A stretch of 9,405 bases of DNA from Azolla caroliniana (Eukaryota; Plantae; Polypodiophyta), in NCBI GenBank assembly GCA_043228905.1, contig JBHGNT010001363.1:1-9405 (forward strand). Reading direction: 5' to 3'. The translations under genes were made by a program, and so were the position numbers. Below the pieces are notes generated by a model that worked only from the letters and a program-made list of their open reading frames with translations, made no database searches and was not told the origin of the DNA. Below, piece by piece: positions 7,043-9,405 of the stretch. The first letter of the stretch is position 1. Each line of letters begins with the position of its first letter.

Positions 7043-8590
7043 CGAGGTTACGTTTCACTTACTTTAGGCCACGAAGAGGGGCCAATTGGGCCCCTCAAAT
7101 GGGATGGATTCTAAACATGGATCTCAAAACCTAGTTTCTCACGCCAATTGGAGGATAGATTTAGCGTATCCATGTTGAAGGCGTGGTGTGACATTAGATA
7201 AGGGCTCAAGTATGATCAACCTAATTCTGAACCTGCCTGGCTTAGTCAACATATCCTATGGAACCCATTAAGGGACTGTCATGGGGATACATTGTAGAAG
7301 GTCCAAGAAAGAGTATAGAATGTTGGAGATGGTTTATGTCATTGCTAATACAAGATCAAGCCAACATACTCCATGGAATCAGGGGTGGGTGGACTATGAG
7401 ATTTGAAATCATTAACACTCTATTGCTTAGGGAAGTTGCTAATCAAAGGACAATTATGGAGAAGTAGATAGGCTACGAGGAAGAGGGCTCTTTGATCCCA
7501 AGAGTTACGGAACCATCTGACAGGATCGAAGGCCATGAATTGCGAGACAATGAGGCACTAACATTGAATACGATAATTCGAGTACTCACATATATTGGTC
7601 ATAAATGGATTATAGATCCTGATCCGATCAAAGTACAACCAGAATGAAACATATATACTCATGAGAAGACATGACTATGTAAGATCAATTGGGACCCTTT
7701 GCAATGGATGTGACACGATTCTTATCCAGGTCAAGGAAGCAAAGCCATCCCTTTCTTCCAATTCATGACAAGATTGGGACACCACATTCTAGCCGCTCAA
7801 ACTGCTTGAGAGCCAATTGCTACAAAGGTTTGGCACACACATCATGTTCCTCACACAATCATTACTAAGTTTTGGCAGAAAATTTGGAAACAACATCACG
7901 CGAGGTGAATTACCACGTTCCAACGGCTATTAATACATAAGGCACTACTGGTTGGAGCATGACAACGCGGGAACCTTAGCTCTCCTAATTGTGTAGTGTG
8001 CCCAAATGCAACATATTCAATCTGGCACGCTCTGTGGGAATGCCCATTGGCAACCTATTGCAATTATGCCACGTGCAAGGCACAATCAAGTGGGGAAATG
8101 TATGTTGGTTACCATGGTAGGCCCAGTCGACGGTTACGAGCATCAAGAGGAGGGGATGACTTTGGTGATAAAATCACAAGAGGTTTTTTTCCCACCATCG
8201 ACAATATCCACTCAACTCCTATTACTGCCAAATCTCAAGTTGTGTTGGAATTGGTCAACCCAATAAATCTTTGGACTCTATGGAAATAGCGGTGTAGACT
8301 GGTCTTCTCCAACCAAATAATGCATCTAGTAATGTTAATGCAAGAGATATGGAGTGAAGTTGTAGCCACTATAAAGAGCCAATATGATGGCCTCAAGGGC
8401 GGCTCCGATGGAGTTGAAAGACAACGACTAGCCTTCATCCAACAATGGTCATCCTCTCCTTTTCTTGAGTCAATGGGCATCCACATAAGATTGAACTATT
8501 GCATCCCTACAAAGATTTGTATATAACACTCTCATCTGAAAATTTTATAACTAATGGAAGGATTTTGTCTTTTTGAAAAAAAAGAAAGAA
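7043..8590 (+). mobile_element. 5'-truncated, degenerate L1-type non-LTR retrotransposon (LINE): C-terminal part of ORF2, 3' UTR and A-rich tail
   Basis: Trp-rich pseudo-ORF, mostly in frame +1: ..MLKAWCDIR*GL..HILWNP (frame +2)..LSWG..WDPLQW..PFFQF..KFWQKIWK..ITTFQRLLIHKALLVG..CVVCPNATYSIWHALWEC..LWTLWK*RCRLVF..QQWSSSPF, with terminal TAA at 8524-8526. The C-x2-C-x8-H-x4-C knuckle at 7990-8043 is typical of zf-RVT. A short 3' UTR is followed by A8-GAAA-GAAA at 8576-8591. RT core and endonuclease are absent. The 5' boundary is uncertain (about 7020-7043). Confidence 0.88.
7258..8526 (+). pseudogene. Disrupted LINE ORF2 remnant containing a zf-RVT domain
   Basis: Track ORFs 7258-7467, 7996-8289 and 8320-8526 share one frame. 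It is broken by 8 internal stops (7465, 7645, 7672, 7711, 7807, 7906, 7960, 8287) and by probable local frameshifts near 8050-8200. Confidence 0.82.
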
Positions 8591-9405
8591 AGTTTTTCTG
8601 TAGCATATATCTTAATAATGATACGGTTGGTTGTTAAACCTAGTTTATATACTTTTCCACGCACAAAAAGAACGAAAACAAGCAACTTATGAATATCCTT
8701 GATTTCCCAATGGTAGACAGAAGAAGCACTACAAAGCAAACAATTAAAGTTGCACAATACACATTAAATGTCAGGCTTGTTATTTGGTTGTTTTAACATA
8801 GAGAATCACCAATGATAGTGTTGAATTCACCTCTGACCATGGCCTAGCAAAGAATAACGATTAACTTTAACTACTTGGAGCTTAAGGATGATTACTTGCA
8901 CTCACACTCGTGAAATATAGGGATTAACAATTGCAGATGTGAGTGCTGATGTCGGTTTAGACACACAAATGGAATTAGTAATCACATCAAAGCAACAAAA
9001 AATAGTTGTGCAAAGTCAGGGCGGGAATTTGACGGGTGTCATGCTCGTCAAAGGCAAAATTCCTCATAACAAACATACACATAATAATAATGCCCATCAA
9101 ATGACATATAAAATTTAAATTTCCATTTTCATGTGAAAGGCCCCTACAAATTATGCATGTCAAATGACATGCTAAAATTCTATTTTCCATGTCATATATA
9201 TTATATTAAAATGTGTCACTTATTATAGATACCATGAAGTGTGTATAGTAATATATTTATACTATATGTTTTTTTCCCAAAAAATTATATGTTTTTTATA
9301 AAATGCTGAAAATAATAATATCATCATGTAATAATGATATATATTGCTGGTGGATCCGGTTCACCAAAGTAAGGCTTTACTCGGTAAACTCCTGGTGTGA
9401 AGTCT

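Noticed and set aside
8235-8486. Minus-strand 83-aa ORF
   Set aside because: Antisense to the LINE ORF2 remnant.

Overview
Eukaryotic land-plant nuclear DNA; a fern or other non-seed plant is plausible from the repeat style but not proven. Nothing here is prokaryotic: no operons, CRISPR array, tRNA or rRNA. The left end holds the 5' part of a spliced minus-strand gene that the ORF track misses: exon 1 at 969-913, a GT-AG intron at 912-754 containing (CT)45, and exon 2 from 753 running off the window at 1. It encodes a plant TPR-repeat/DnaJ-type co-chaperone resembling the Arabidopsis AT2G47440/AT3G62570 family, with an internal tandem-repeat insertion. Its upstream region (about 970-2000) has two inverted simple-repeat pairs, competing ATGs and three ACGT-core elements. 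About 2750-7000 is AT-rich, heavily decayed sequence that I cannot identify; it may be transposon debris. About 7043-8590 is a 5'-truncated, decayed L1-type LINE with a CCHC zf-RVT knuckle, an A-rich tail and a candidate 12-bp TSD. I see no convincing evidence of a new biological system. The best leads are the 5' architecture and the repeat insertion of the TPR gene.
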